Below are positions 9,616 through 20,141 of a DNA stretch of 64,000 nucleotides, piece by piece (the stretch's first letter is position 1; every line of letters starts with the position of its first letter). The notes under the pieces are model-generated. The model saw only the letters and a list, made by a program, of their open reading frames with translations. It had not been told where the DNA came from and searched no databases. The position numbers and the translations under genes were made by a program. This DNA is from a virus (Duplodnaviria; Caudoviricetes), in IMG/VR virus record IMGVR_UViG_3300024269_004845; one strand, written 5' to 3'.

Positions 9616-11688
9616 ATGCAAATTAACGAAATTAGAGAAAAAATTATTGATACTCTTTATACATCGCAGCCTACTGCGATGAAATCTTTGGCTAGAAAAA
9701 TTGAGCTTACTAAAGAAGATTATAAACCATTTCGTATTGTTCTAAATAATTTGGAGAAAACAAATTTGGTGGATAACACTAACGGTAAATATGCTTTTCC
9801 TTCAAATTTTAACATTGGATACTTACAAACATTTAAGAAAAGCGAAAATTATATCTTCTTTAAGAATAAAAAATATCAAGTGGTTGAAGATGTTACTAAT
9901 AGTGCCATTCATGGCGATAAAGTGATTTTTGAAGTTGTTGATAGATATTTACAGACTGTAAGAATTATATCTACAATAAAAAGAAAAAGCACAAAGGTTG
10001 CTGGAATCTATGTTGAATATAATGGTATCGGCTTCGTAGTTCCTGACAATGATAGGTTGAATGTTGATATATATGTGCAAAGAAATAATATTAAGCCAAA
10101 TCTTTATGATAGGGTATTGGTTAAAATCGATGAATATAAAGTTTTCGGCAAGCCTGAAGGGGTTATCGAAAAAAAACTATTTGAAGATTTAAATAAAGAA
10201 GAATCGGCTCTTGAACGTGTTTTATCAAAATATGATATTCCAGCAGAATTTCCAAATGATGTTGTGAAAAAAGCAATCTTGTTAAATGTTCCAGTTAAGA
10301 ATAACATGATAACAGAAAGAGTTGATTTAAGAGATGAAAACATCTTTACTATTGATGGTAAAGACGCTCGTGACTTTGACGATGCTATTTCTATAAAAAA
10401 GACAGAATTCGGATATGAACTTGGTGTTTATATTGCTGATGTATCTTATTATGTACAAGAAAATAGTGTTATAGATAAGTGTGCATTTGAAAGAGGCACT
10501 AGTTATTATTTAGATGATTATGTCGTCCCAATGCTCCCAGTTGCACTATCTAATGGCGTGTGCAGTTTAAATGAGGGAGAAGATAAATTAGTAATTGGTT
10601 TAAAAATAATTTTTGACAATTATGGAAAGATTTTGAATCATGAATTGTTTGAAGCGGTTATATGTTCTAAAAAACGCTTTACATATGAAGAAATAAATGA
10701 CTATCTTAATGGCAAAAATCCAAGATTTAAAGATGATAATCGCTTATTATTCGACGATTTAATGGCTGGTTTTGAATTGGCAGAATTATTAAATAAAAAG
10801 CGTAGTAATAATGGATGTATTGATTTTGAATTTGGTGAGCTTACTTTTAAAAGAAATGATGACAAAAAAATCATTGATTTTGGGACATATGAAAGGGGTC
10901 CAGCAAATGATTTAATTGAAGAGTTTATGATAGTTGCTAATGAAACTATTGCTGAAATATTTGCTGGGTTGGGGCATCCATTTATATATAGAACTCATGG
11001 GGTTCCGTTCAGCGAAAAACTGCAAAATTTTGTTGATATTTGCAAAGAAAACAATATTGATTGCTCAATGCTCGATATAAATAATCCTACTTCTAAACAA
11101 TTGAAAGAACTAATATCCAACATTGAAGATTCTAATCTAAAAAAGAGTATTAATATGAACTTAATTACTACTATGAAACAAGCTCGTTATACAAATGAGT
11201 TTGATGGGCATTTTGGGTTAGCATCTCAATATTACTGTCACTTCACGTCTCCCATTCGTAGATATCCTGACTTATTTATTCATAGGCTAGTTAAAAAATA
11301 CATCCGTAAAAAACTTAACAATGATGTTACTAAAGAGCTTTATGAAAAAATGAGTGAAAAGGTCGCTAAACATTGTTGTTATACCGAGCGTAATGCAGAT
11401 AGAGCAGAAGAGGAATTGAATAGAATTCAGGCTATGCAATATATGGCTGATAATCCTGAAAGAGAATATGAAGCTTTAATATATGGGATTAACAGAAATG
11501 GGTTATTGATTCTCGTCAATGATGTTGTTTCTGGATTTATTCGTGCTAAAAATGATAATGAAGATGGATTAGCATCATCCATCATTATAAATGATATCAC
11601 TTATAAGATTGGCGATAAAATTAATGTTTCTTTTAAAGAGTATGATGTTAAAAACTCGAAATTAATTTTTGACCCATTGGAGGGATAA
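9616..11688 (+). CDS. rnr: Ribonuclease R (RNB family); ORF open from 9445, likely start ATG 9616
   Basis: FTIDGKDARDFDDAIS, IADVS, LIEEFMIVAN and HFTSPIRRYPDL motifs; N-terminal HTH/cold-shock and C-terminal S1-like regions. Confidence 0.93.
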   Translation: MQINEIREKIIDTLYTSQPTAMKSLARKIELTKEDYKPFRIVLNNLEKTNLVDNTNGKYAFPSNFNIGYLQTFKKSENYIFFKNKKYQVVEDVTNSAIHGDKVIFEVVDRYLQTVRIISTIKRKSTKVAGIYVEYNGIGFVVPDNDRLNVDIYVQRNNIKPNLYDRVLVKIDEYKVFGKPEGVIEKKLFEDLNKEESALERVLSKYDIPAEFPNDVVKKAILLNVPVKNNMITERVDLRDENIFTIDGKDARDFDDAISIKKTEFGYELGVYIADVSYYVQENSVIDKCAFERGTSYYLDDYVVPMLPVALSNGVCSLNEGEDKLVIGLKIIFDNYGKILNHELFEAVICSKKRFTYEEINDYLNGKNPRFKDDNRLLFDDLMAGFELAELLNKKRSNNGCIDFEFGELTFKRNDDKKIIDFGTYERGPANDLIEEFMIVANETIAEIFAGLGHPFIYRTHGVPFSEKLQNFVDICKENNIDCSMLDINNPTSKQLKELISNIEDSNLKKSINMNLITTMKQARYTNEFDGHFGLASQYYCHFTSPIRRYPDLFIHRLVKKYIRKKLNNDVTKELYEKMSEKVAKHCCYTERNADRAEEELNRIQAMQYMADNPEREYEALIYGINRNGLLILVNDVVSGFIRAKNDNEDGLASSIIINDITYKIGDKINVSFKEYDVKNSKLIFDPLEG

Positions 11689-11691
11689 ATA

Positions 11692-11838
11692 ATGAAACTA
11701 AAAACAATTACCATTTGTATGTGCTTAATAATTCTAATGTTTGGGATAATGTTCAAATATGCTACTTGGAGAGACACTGAATTTTTAACTCAAGAAGAAG
11801 TTGTTGAAAGAACTAAAACATTTGAAGAAATAAAATAA
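11692..11838 (+). CDS. Small single-TM protein (48 aa, MKLKTITICMCLIILMFGIMF...)
   Basis: GGAGGG RBS at the end of rnr; ORF below the ORF-track size cut-off. Confidence 0.6.
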   Translation: MKLKTITICMCLIILMFGIMFKYATWRDTEFLTQEEVVERTKTFEEIK

Positions 11839-11864
11839 TAAAAAGTGAGCTAATGGATTTTTCA

Positions 11865-12491
11865 TTAGCTCACTTTTTTTGTATCCCACCAATCCAAAGA
11901 TTCTAAATATTTTTGAGATAGTGGAAAATCTTCTTTTTTGTAATTAAACCAAAAATCGTTAAACTGTAACATATAAACATCCGCAAAAAACTCGCTAGAA
12001 TCTTTTTGAGCATATTCTCTAATTTTTGATTTTTCTTTTTTATAAATATTTTCGAATATTTCTGACTCGTCTGGGTCGCCATTTATTTTGCTTAGCGCAT
12101 GAGCTACTTCATGTAGTAAATTTGCGCCAACCTGGTCGGTAACGGGATAAAGATATATTCGTTTATCAGCGTAAACTGTAAGTCCTGCAAAAAATCTATA
12201 ATATTCCTTGCTATAAGAAATAATTTTTTCTTTATTAATTTCTATTTTATAGCCTGCGTCTCTCAATATCTCTAGGTGGTTTCTTGGTATAGATAATAAG
12301 TTTTTCATAGACATAATATTGGCAAAAGAATAGTGTTTGTCTTGGACAAGAAGTTCATCTGCTAAATTATAATTGGGATGGTATTTCATTCCGTTTATAT
12401 AACTACAAATAAAAAATATTATAAAAATAATAAGCATAACAAATGTTACTAATACCATTTTTGAAATTTTGAGAATACAATTTTTAAGCAT
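11865..12491 (-). CDS. Membrane-anchored zinc metallopeptidase, anthrax lethal factor/Pro-Pro endopeptidase-like fold
   Basis: N-terminal TM; LLHEVAHAL (HExxH) and YAQKDSSEFFADVY motifs. Confidence 0.7.
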   Translation of the reverse strand: MLKNCILKISKMVLVTFVMLIIFIIFFICSYINGMKYHPNYNLADELLVQDKHYSFANIMSMKNLLSIPRNHLEILRDAGYKIEINKEKIISYSKEYYRFFAGLTVYADKRIYLYPVTDQVGANLLHEVAHALSKINGDPDESEIFENIYKKEKSKIREYAQKDSSEFFADVYMLQFNDFWFNYKKEDFPLSQKYLESLDWWDTKKVS

Positions 12492-13386
12492 GATATTTTT
12501 CTCCTAATATATATCTAACGATATTAAAATCATACGGGAAACCTGCAGCCATTTCATGTCCTCCACCACCATATTTTTCAGCAATTTTAGAAACGTTGAT
12601 GGTTCCAAAACTTCTTAATGAAATCGAATTTGGCATACTAATAAACATAAATAGCTTTATTTCGGGGTATGAGGTGTGTATATCTGTTAAAATTTTACTT
12701 ATATATAATGATTCTTCTAAAAAGAAAACCCCTGTTTTATAGCCTTCAAAATCAACGAAAAACAATTCTTTTTGTTTTTGTTTTGAATACATATCTATTT
12801 TATTTTTCATATTTGTCGTGACATCTATATCTGAATAAGAAAGTATATATCCTTTTTTTAAATTAGGAAGAATGTGTCTCCAATAATTTCTAAAATAAAT
12901 AAAAAATAAAATGCTTAGTTCATTGGGGCAATATTTAGAATTATATTTATTTCTCATATATTCTCCCGTATCAAAAAGCCTGACGGTTTCTACATAGTCA
13001 GATATTATATCAACTTTATCTATTTCGCCATTATCTGATAAGTAATTATAAAATAATTGTGTTGCGCAGGTAGGTTTTCCTTTATATGTAGTCTTAATGC
13101 GTGCCCAAGAATATTTATTCAAAAATTCACCTGTTTCGTGATGGTCGATAAGTATGAAATTATCAATGTTGTTGTTAATATATTCTGCTACTTCAGCTGA
13201 TGGATATACATCACACAAAAAGATTTTTTTATACTTATGCATATCTGGGCTATTGAAAAAGTTCATTAATTCTTGGTCTACTAATTTGTTGTTTATATTT
13301 TTTATATCTACTTTTAAATTATAATAACGAGCTACTACGTTAATAGAATATCCATCTAAATCATTATGAGAGAATATTTTATACAT
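12484..13386 (-). CDS. DHH/DHHA1 phosphoesterase (NrnA/NrnB-like oligoribonuclease)
   Basis: SHNDLDG, LIDHHET, SLRS and GGGGHEMAAG motifs. Confidence 0.88.
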   Translation of the reverse strand: MYKIFSHNDLDGYSINVVARYYNLKVDIKNINNKLVDQELMNFFNSPDMHKYKKIFLCDVYPSAEVAEYINNNIDNFILIDHHETGEFLNKYSWARIKTTYKGKPTCATQLFYNYLSDNGEIDKVDIISDYVETVRLFDTGEYMRNKYNSKYCPNELSILFFIYFRNYWRHILPNLKKGYILSYSDIDVTTNMKNKIDMYSKQKQKELFFVDFEGYKTGVFFLEESLYISKILTDIHTSYPEIKLFMFISMPNSISLRSFGTINVSKIAEKYGGGGHEMAAGFPYDFNIVRYILGEKYHA

Positions 13387-13491
13387 AACGTGGCACTTCC
13401 TTTCTTGTACGTAATGCGGTTGTTTATTATATTTCGCGTTTTATATTATATCATATTATTAGTGAAATAACAATGATGGAGGTGTTTTATT

Positions 13492-14481
13492 TTGAAGATT
13501 TTAGTTACTGGAGGAACTGGATATATAGGTTCTCATACGGTTGTTGAATTAATTGATAGGGGTTACGAAGTAGTAATCGTTGATAATTTGTCTAATTCTG
13601 AGCTGAATATTTTAAATAAAATTAAAGAAATTACAGGAGTAAGTCCTGAATTTTATTCTTACGATTTAAGAGATAAAGAAAGACTTGAATGGGTTTTTAA
13701 AAAGCATTCATTTAATGCTGTGATACATTTTGCAGGTTTGAAATCCGTTGGGGAATCAATGATTAATCCACTGGAATATTACAATAACAATTTAATATCA
13801 ACAATTTATTTATTGGAGTTAATGAATAAATACAATGTTAATAATATAGTATTTTCTTCTTCTGCTACGGTTTATGGGTTGGCAAATTATGAAATGTTGG
13901 TAGAAGAAAATATTTCTAGTCCCGTTAATACATATGCTGCAACCAAGGCAAATATCGAAAATTTATTATATTTTACTTCTCTTGCAAATAAGAATCTTAC
14001 AGTATCGATTTTGAGATATTTTAATCCTATTGGAGCTCATAAAAGTGGGTTGATTGGTGATGCCCCTACTGGATTTCCTAATAATTTATTACCGTATATT
14101 GGTGATGTCGCCACTAAGAAAAGAGAAAAATTATATGTTTATGGGAATGATTATGATACTCCTGATGGGACTGGAGTAAGAGATTATATACATGTTGTAG
14201 ATTTGGCATTGGCACACATTAAAGCAATTGAAGCTAATATAATGGGATATAATGTTTTTAATATTGGTACGGGGTCTGGGACTAGTGTCCTAGAAATTAT
14301 TACTGCTTTCGAAAAAGCTACTGGTATAAAAATTCCATATGAAATAACTGATAGGAGACCTGGAGATGTTCCAGTTTATATAGCAGACCCTAAAAAGGCA
14401 AATAAAGTTTTGGATTGGCATGCGCAATATACAATTGAAGATATGTGCGCAGATTATTGGAATTATAAAAAGAATAATTAA
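13492..14481 (+). CDS. galE: UDP-glucose 4-epimerase
   Basis: GGTGYIGSH, HFAGLKSVGES, YAATK, LRYFNPIGAH and DGTGVRDYIHVVDLA motifs. Confidence 0.95.
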   Translation: MKILVTGGTGYIGSHTVVELIDRGYEVVIVDNLSNSELNILNKIKEITGVSPEFYSYDLRDKERLEWVFKKHSFNAVIHFAGLKSVGESMINPLEYYNNNLISTIYLLELMNKYNVNNIVFSSSATVYGLANYEMLVEENISSPVNTYAATKANIENLLYFTSLANKNLTVSILRYFNPIGAHKSGLIGDAPTGFPNNLLPYIGDVATKKREKLYVYGNDYDTPDGTGVRDYIHVVDLALAHIKAIEANIMGYNVFNIGTGSGTSVLEIITAFEKATGIKIPYEITDRRPGDVPVYIADPKKANKVLDWHAQYTIEDMCADYWNYKKNN

Positions 14482-14494
14482 GGAGTTTTTAGAT

Positions 14495-14947
14495 GTGTTA
14501 ATAAAAATATTAACAGTGCTATTAATAGCAATGACCCCTGTTATGGAATTGCGAGCGGCTATTCCTGTTGGGGTTGCCAGCGGTTTAGATTTGAAATTGT
14601 CTATTTTGATTTCTATCATTGGGAATATAATTCCTGTTCCATTTATTGTCCTATTTATTGAAAAGATTTTTCAATGGATGAAGAGATATGATTTTTTTAA
14701 AAGAATAGTTGAAAAAATGGAAAATAAAGTAGATAAAAAAAGAGATGTTGTAGATAAATATGGTTATTGGGGGCTGTTTTTGTTCGTAGCTATTCCATTA
14801 CCTGGAACAGGTGCTTGGACGGGAAGTTTGGTTGCTGCTTTACTCAAAATGAAGATAAAAAAATCATTTATATTTATTGGGTTGGGGGTAATAAGCGCAG
14901 CAATAATAGTGTCCTTAATTACATATGGAGCAACAATAATTATATAA
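14495..14947 (+). CDS. COG2426-like small multidrug-export family membrane protein (GTG start 14495; ORF open from 14420)
   Basis: PVMELRAAIP and IPLPGTGAWTG motifs; AAGGAG RBS. Confidence 0.85.
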   Translation: MLIKILTVLLIAMTPVMELRAAIPVGVASGLDLKLSILISIIGNIIPVPFIVLFIEKIFQWMKRYDFFKRIVEKMENKVDKKRDVVDKYGYWGLFLFVAIPLPGTGAWTGSLVAALLKMKIKKSFIFIGLGVISAAIIVSLITYGATIII

Positions 14948-14987
14948 AAAAGAAAAGAGCTCGTAAGAGCTCTTTTTTGCTATGTAA

Positions 14988-15191
14988 TCAGTTCCAATCG
15001 TCATCCCAGTCATCGGTTCGACGATTTTTCTTTCCGCTCTTCTTGCCGCCATTTCGATGGGCTTCCTGCTTGGATTCCCAGCGGGCCTTGCGACGATTTT
15101 TTTCGTCATCGTGCGCGGCAAACAGTGCTTCTAGCTTGGCCTCCTCGACGGAATCGACATCATAGTTGGCCTGAACGAACTTCTTAGACAT
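14988..15191 (-). CDS. Small highly charged hypothetical protein (67 aa)
   Basis: AAGGGG RBS; convergent terminator near 14950-14978; coding-like codon usage. Confidence 0.65.
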   Translation of the reverse strand: MSKKFVQANYDVDSVEEAKLEALFAAHDDEKNRRKARWESKQEAHRNGGKKSGKKNRRTDDWDDDWN

Positions 15192-15240
15192 AATTTTTAC
15201 CCCTTTTATTTTTTTTGTGATAATATATTATAGATTTTTG

Positions 15241-17796
15241 TTATTCGATATATTCTATAAGTTTATCTTTTAATCCAGTATTTCTGTATATGCTTTTTTG
15301 GTTTTGGATACATTTATTTAATGTATATGTATCAGTCAGTGTTGCAATAAATTCCTTTGCGCGAGTATATCCAGTATATAAAAGGTTTCTGTCAAGCATC
15401 ATTGTATTTGCTTGTGTCATTAATAATAAAACTGCTTTCCACTCAGAACCCTGAGATTTATGGATGGTTAACGCATATGAGTGTTCAATATCTGAAAAAT
15501 CATTTTCATAAATAATATATTTATCTTCATACTGGACGATGATTTGTTGGTTATATTCATTGTAATCAGTTTTTGTTTCTATTAATTTAACAATTGTTCC
15601 TACTTCACCGTTTGTGATTCCTGCATTTTCACCATCTAATACTAACATACCATTTTGATTTTTATACCAGGGGATAGTGTAATTATTTCTCATATTTATA
15701 ACCCTATCTCCTCTTTTAAAGTACAAGTCAAAATATAGATTTTTACCATCGATATTAATTCCAATTGTTTTATTAAGGAATCTTATATCATTGTTTTCTG
15801 GGTTGAGTTTTTCTTGTAATAAAAAATTTAAATAATTAGTTCCACATACGCCTGTTTTTTGAGGGCATAGAACTTGTATTTCTCCCAGTTCGTATTTTTG
15901 TAATAAAGAATTAAACAACTTGAAAAGTTTTTCATGCGCTTTGTCATATGTATCACAAGCATATATAAGTGCGTCCATATTTTCTTTTTGGGATGTTATC
16001 ATGTTTCCATCTATAATATTTCGAGCGTTTTTAATTATTCCTGAATCCACTCCCTGACGTTTTACAACATTTAGGGTTACATTGTGAATTTTCCCACATT
16101 CTATTAAGTCTCTTAAAACATTTCCTGCTCCGATAGATGGCAACTGTTTTGTGTCTCCCATAATAATGACTTTTGTATATGGGGCTACTGCTGAGAACAA
16201 TCTATAAGATAATTCAGTATCCAACATAGAAGCTTCGTCTATTACTATACAGTCATATGGTAACATGTTGTTTGCATTAAATTCATATCCTAAATGTGGA
16301 TGGTATTTTAACGCTCTATGTACTGTAAAAGCAGGAATTCCAGTAGCTTTTTGTGCGACTTTAGATGCTTTACCAGTAGGGGCTATTATTATTTTTTCAA
16401 AATAACCTGATTTGTAGGCATATATTTTTTCTATTATTGCTAGCGCGATTTTCATGGTAAATGTTTTACCGCAACCTGCACTACCATTTATGACGATTAC
16501 CCCACCTTGTTCGCTGGCAATTGTTTTTACAGCTTCTCTTTGCTTTTCTTCTAAAGAAATGCCTGTTTGTTCTAAATACATATCAATCATTTTGTCAATA
16601 TCTATATCGTTATTAGGTTTTGCTGATTTGATAATTTGGCTTAAGCTATTTGCTATTTGTTGTTCTTGTCTATAAACTTCGTGTTTATAGACTTTATTTT
16701 CGTCTATTATTAGTCGTTCTTCTAGAATCAGTATATTGATTGCTTCTAATAATTTTTCTTGAGATATTTCAAAAACTAATAACTTGGCATCATCTTTTTC
16801 TTTTTGATATCTTGCATTTGAATATCTTTCCATTGCGTCAAATAACTTTTGTTGAGGTATTTCAAAAGAAATTTGGCCATATTTATAAATAACAGGGCCG
16901 TTACCTTTTATTGACTTATATAGTCTTTTCATCTCTAAAATGCCAATTCTTATGCTAAGTTCTTTTTGCATGTAGTTACAAAAATAATTATAATCAAAGT
17001 AGGTGTCTCCATTTACATTTAGGGAATTCATTTTATACATAATTCCTTCACAAAGTCTCTGGGTATTTTCTGGATGGATGCCTATTTTTTGTGCCATTTC
17101 ATCACATTTTAAAAAACTATAACCTTTTGCATCTCTCGCTAAGAAATATGGGTTTTCGCTTAACTTAATAAAAATTGTATCTCCATATACATCATATAGT
17201 TCTTTTGCTTGATATGACTTAAGTCCTAGATTCATTAAACGAATCATATAATCATAGTCATCTTTTAATTCTTCTATTTGTCGTTTCCAATCGAGTACTT
17301 TTTCTTCATATAATGTAGGAGAAAGCTTAATTAATTCTAGTGGATTATTTTTAATTACGTTTAAAGACTCTTCTCCATATTCTTCATATATGACATCTGC
17401 TAAAAAACCAATACCATTTAGAGATTTTAAAAAGGAAATAATACCTCTTTGATTATGTGGCATTACTTTTTTAATGTCATTTACTTTAAATTGTTTTGTG
17501 CCTCTATAAGTAGATATTATACCATTGGATTCATAGGTTTGGCCTAGGTCAAGATTTCGGACAAAAACGCCTGTTATATTAAATGTTTCTACATGTTCGC
17601 CTTCTACTTGTTCTAATTCACATAAATATGCACCAAAACCATTGCTTTGTTTATATGATATTTCTTTAATGGGAACGAAACGAATAGTTATTTCTTCTCC
17701 ATCTACATATTTTTCCATTGCTAAACCTTCAACGCTGGAATCTCTAATCTTTTCTAAAAACATTCCTTCTTGGAAAATATCGCTCAAATAGGCCAC
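15241..17796 (-). CDS. recD2: RecD2-like SF1B helicase
   Basis: N-terminal OB/HhH region, ENPY, GSAGCGKT, VIDEASM, GDTKQLPSIGAG, YALTIHKSQGSE and YTRAK motifs. Confidence 0.93.
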   Translation of the reverse strand: MAYLSDIFQEGMFLEKIRDSSVEGLAMEKYVDGEEITIRFVPIKEISYKQSNGFGAYLCELEQVEGEHVETFNITGVFVRNLDLGQTYESNGIISTYRGTKQFKVNDIKKVMPHNQRGIISFLKSLNGIGFLADVIYEEYGEESLNVIKNNPLELIKLSPTLYEEKVLDWKRQIEELKDDYDYMIRLMNLGLKSYQAKELYDVYGDTIFIKLSENPYFLARDAKGYSFLKCDEMAQKIGIHPENTQRLCEGIMYKMNSLNVNGDTYFDYNYFCNYMQKELSIRIGILEMKRLYKSIKGNGPVIYKYGQISFEIPQQKLFDAMERYSNARYQKEKDDAKLLVFEISQEKLLEAINILILEERLIIDENKVYKHEVYRQEQQIANSLSQIIKSAKPNNDIDIDKMIDMYLEQTGISLEEKQREAVKTIASEQGGVIVINGSAGCGKTFTMKIALAIIEKIYAYKSGYFEKIIIAPTGKASKVAQKATGIPAFTVHRALKYHPHLGYEFNANNMLPYDCIVIDEASMLDTELSYRLFSAVAPYTKVIIMGDTKQLPSIGAGNVLRDLIECGKIHNVTLNVVKRQGVDSGIIKNARNIIDGNMITSQKENMDALIYACDTYDKAHEKLFKLFNSLLQKYELGEIQVLCPQKTGVCGTNYLNFLLQEKLNPENNDIRFLNKTIGINIDGKNLYFDLYFKRGDRVINMRNNYTIPWYKNQNGMLVLDGENAGITNGEVGTIVKLIETKTDYNEYNQQIIVQYEDKYIIYENDFSDIEHSYALTIHKSQGSEWKAVLLLMTQANTMMLDRNLLYTGYTRAKEFIATLTDTYTLNKCIQNQKSIYRNTGLKDKLIEYIE

Positions 17797-17898
17797 CTCC
17801 TTTTCTGTTTTTATATTCTATTATAATTTTACATTAATAACCACTCAAAAGTATATGAAAAGAAGCTTTGATAAAATCAAAGCTTCTTATAATTATTA

Positions 17899-18948
17899 TT
17901 AATTTTCTGTATCTATTGTGCTATTTGCATTAGTTAGTGTCCCAGTCGCTTCTGTTTTTACTTCGTCTCCTACCTTATTGTTTTCGTGTTTTGTCAGAGC
18001 TGAAAAATCTACTACAGATAAGGCTTCAAACGTATCTTCTGGGCTAATCGAAGAATCTAGATTTTTTAAATATTCGGAAAAACTGATTTTTAGGTTGTAA
18101 TCTGATATACCATCATTATATATAACATCAAAATCATAAATAATAGTTTCGACCATTTCGCTATTTGCAACAATTCCTACTGTTAAATCTTTAATTGAAG
18201 AATTTGTTCTAATATTATAAAGCAAATCTATCATGCTTTTTGTATTATTTTCTCTTCCTAATTTCTTTTGAATGTCGTCGTCAGATTTAAAAAATTCTAA
18301 AAACTCTTTAGAGTTCCAAATACTATCATAAACATCGTTAAATATATCAGTCGACATTGATTCATCAAATTTCAAAGTGTAATGCAATTTTACCTTTTCT
18401 GAAAAGCTTTCACCCGAAAAATTAACTTTTATTTTTTTATCTTCATAATTATTTGAATCGAAAAAAATATTGGCATTTTTAATTGAATATTTTAAAAGCA
18501 TATCTGTTAAATTAGATTTGTTTGTGGGATAACTATGAGAGTAATTTTCATTATAATTTTCAAACTTTATATATCTTGTATCATAAGGAGTTTTGATAAA
18601 TGCCGTATCAAATTTAAAAAATCTATCCCAATCAAAAATATTTTCTCCAGAGTTCAGAGAGACATGCTGCAAAGATTCGCTCATGTCGGTATTAAGCGTT
18701 TCGTTAATAACTACTTGCAATTCAGAAAATGACGGGGTAACGCTTTGGTCAGTAATTGAAAATATGTAGTCTCTGCTATATGCTGGAGACATATTACCTT
18801 TATTTATTATATATAAAGTATTATGTGGGTTTATGTTGAAAAAATTTAAAGAATAAAATACTATTGCTATAAAAACGAAAGATAAAATAGTTAATATTAT
18901 AAATCGACGGTCTTTTTTCTTTTCATAATATATATTTTCATTATCCAT
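17899..18948 (-). CDS. Membrane-anchored hypothetical protein
   Basis: N-terminal TM, AGGAGG RBS, downstream hairpin. Confidence 0.75.
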   Translation of the reverse strand: MDNENIYYEKKKDRRFIILTILSFVFIAIVFYSLNFFNINPHNTLYIINKGNMSPAYSRDYIFSITDQSVTPSFSELQVVINETLNTDMSESLQHVSLNSGENIFDWDRFFKFDTAFIKTPYDTRYIKFENYNENYSHSYPTNKSNLTDMLLKYSIKNANIFFDSNNYEDKKIKVNFSGESFSEKVKLHYTLKFDESMSTDIFNDVYDSIWNSKEFLEFFKSDDDIQKKLGRENNTKSMIDLLYNIRTNSSIKDLTVGIVANSEMVETIIYDFDVIYNDGISDYNLKISFSEYLKNLDSSISPEDTFEALSVVDFSALTKHENNKVGDEVKTEATGTLTNANSTIDTEN

Positions 18949-19151
18949 AAAGGGTTCCTCCTAAATTATACTTGCTTATAATATACCATTCAACCTGTTT
19001 AAAGTAAAGAGTAAAAATGTATTAGTAAAAAATATCTGTATGTGATAATGAAAAGGTTTTAAATATATAATAATAGTAACCACAATAAAAAGGAATAAGA
19101 ACATTCCTGGTAAAGAAAATATGGCTAAAAGCCAACAAGGAGGAAAATAAT

Positions 19152-20141
19152 ATGGAAAACAAGACTAATCTCAAGGCATGTGTGTTCGTGGGTGTTTCTA
19201 CTCGTGGTGGCACTCGAGTAATTTCTCTGGCGAATCGTGGCGTTCGTCACAACAACTCTGTGGTCATCTACAAGGATGCTACCGTATATGAGAGCAAGAA
19301 AAATCTGGAAGATGCTCTCTACAAGCTGTCTCGTCAGGCAACTCAGGGTTGTCCTTTTCCTGGCGTTTACGCCATCCCCGAAGAAAGCATTCCGCTGCTT
19401 ACCAAGATGATTGACAATGCAGAGGCTGCTTTCGATGCAGGTATGAAGGAAATTGAGGACAACTATGATGCTCTTAAGAAGGCTAACTGGACAGAAGTTG
19501 AAAGTGCAATTTCCAAGATGGGCAAGACTGAACAGGCTGAAGTCACGAAGATGTTTAATTCTCACTATCCCGATGTGAATGAGATTAAGCGTACTCGCAA
19601 GATGCATGTGACCATTCTCACCAGTCCTTTCGGTATGCCTTCGAACATTGACCTGCTTTCTGAGCGTATCGCTGATACTGCGCAGGAACTGTTCAAGAAG
19701 GCCGTATTCGCAGAGCTCGTACCCGTTTACTCCGCTCTTGCAACATACTATACCAAATTGAGCAACGGACAGGAAGTCGGTATGAAGTCTCAGAATCACT
19801 TCCGCGATAAGGTTGTTCCTGAGCTTTCCGAAACGAATACTATTCGTCGTGATGGGTTCACCGACAAGGTTATTCAGGCCGTCAAGTACAATCTGGATAG
19901 CGTTTTCGAAGACCCTATGATTTGCTACAATATCCTTCTGAATATCTATGAGGAGGCCAAACAGAACGGTATGGAAGATGAACTTCCCGACCTGGCCGCT
20001 CTCGAAGTTCAGAAGCTCAAGGGCGTTACTACTCCTGCATATCTTCTGACTCTCGAAATGATTGAGGAAGATGTACCTAATCGCACTCCCATTGATGACA
20101 TGGTGGGTCGTGTAGATGTATCTGCATTGGAGGTGATGTAA
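19152..20141 (+). CDS. Hypothetical protein, weakly DUF3150-like
   Basis: AAGGAGG RBS; segment FPGVYAIP...F...YD...W resembles DUF3150 proteins of ICEs and plasmids (from memory, not searched). Confidence 0.6.
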   Translation: MENKTNLKACVFVGVSTRGGTRVISLANRGVRHNNSVVIYKDATVYESKKNLEDALYKLSRQATQGCPFPGVYAIPEESIPLLTKMIDNAEAAFDAGMKEIEDNYDALKKANWTEVESAISKMGKTEQAEVTKMFNSHYPDVNEIKRTRKMHVTILTSPFGMPSNIDLLSERIADTAQELFKKAVFAELVPVYSALATYYTKLSNGQEVGMKSQNHFRDKVVPELSETNTIRRDGFTDKVIQAVKYNLDSVFEDPMICYNILLNIYEEAKQNGMEDELPDLAALEVQKLKGVTTPAYLLTLEMIEEDVPNRTPIDDMVGRVDVSALEVM

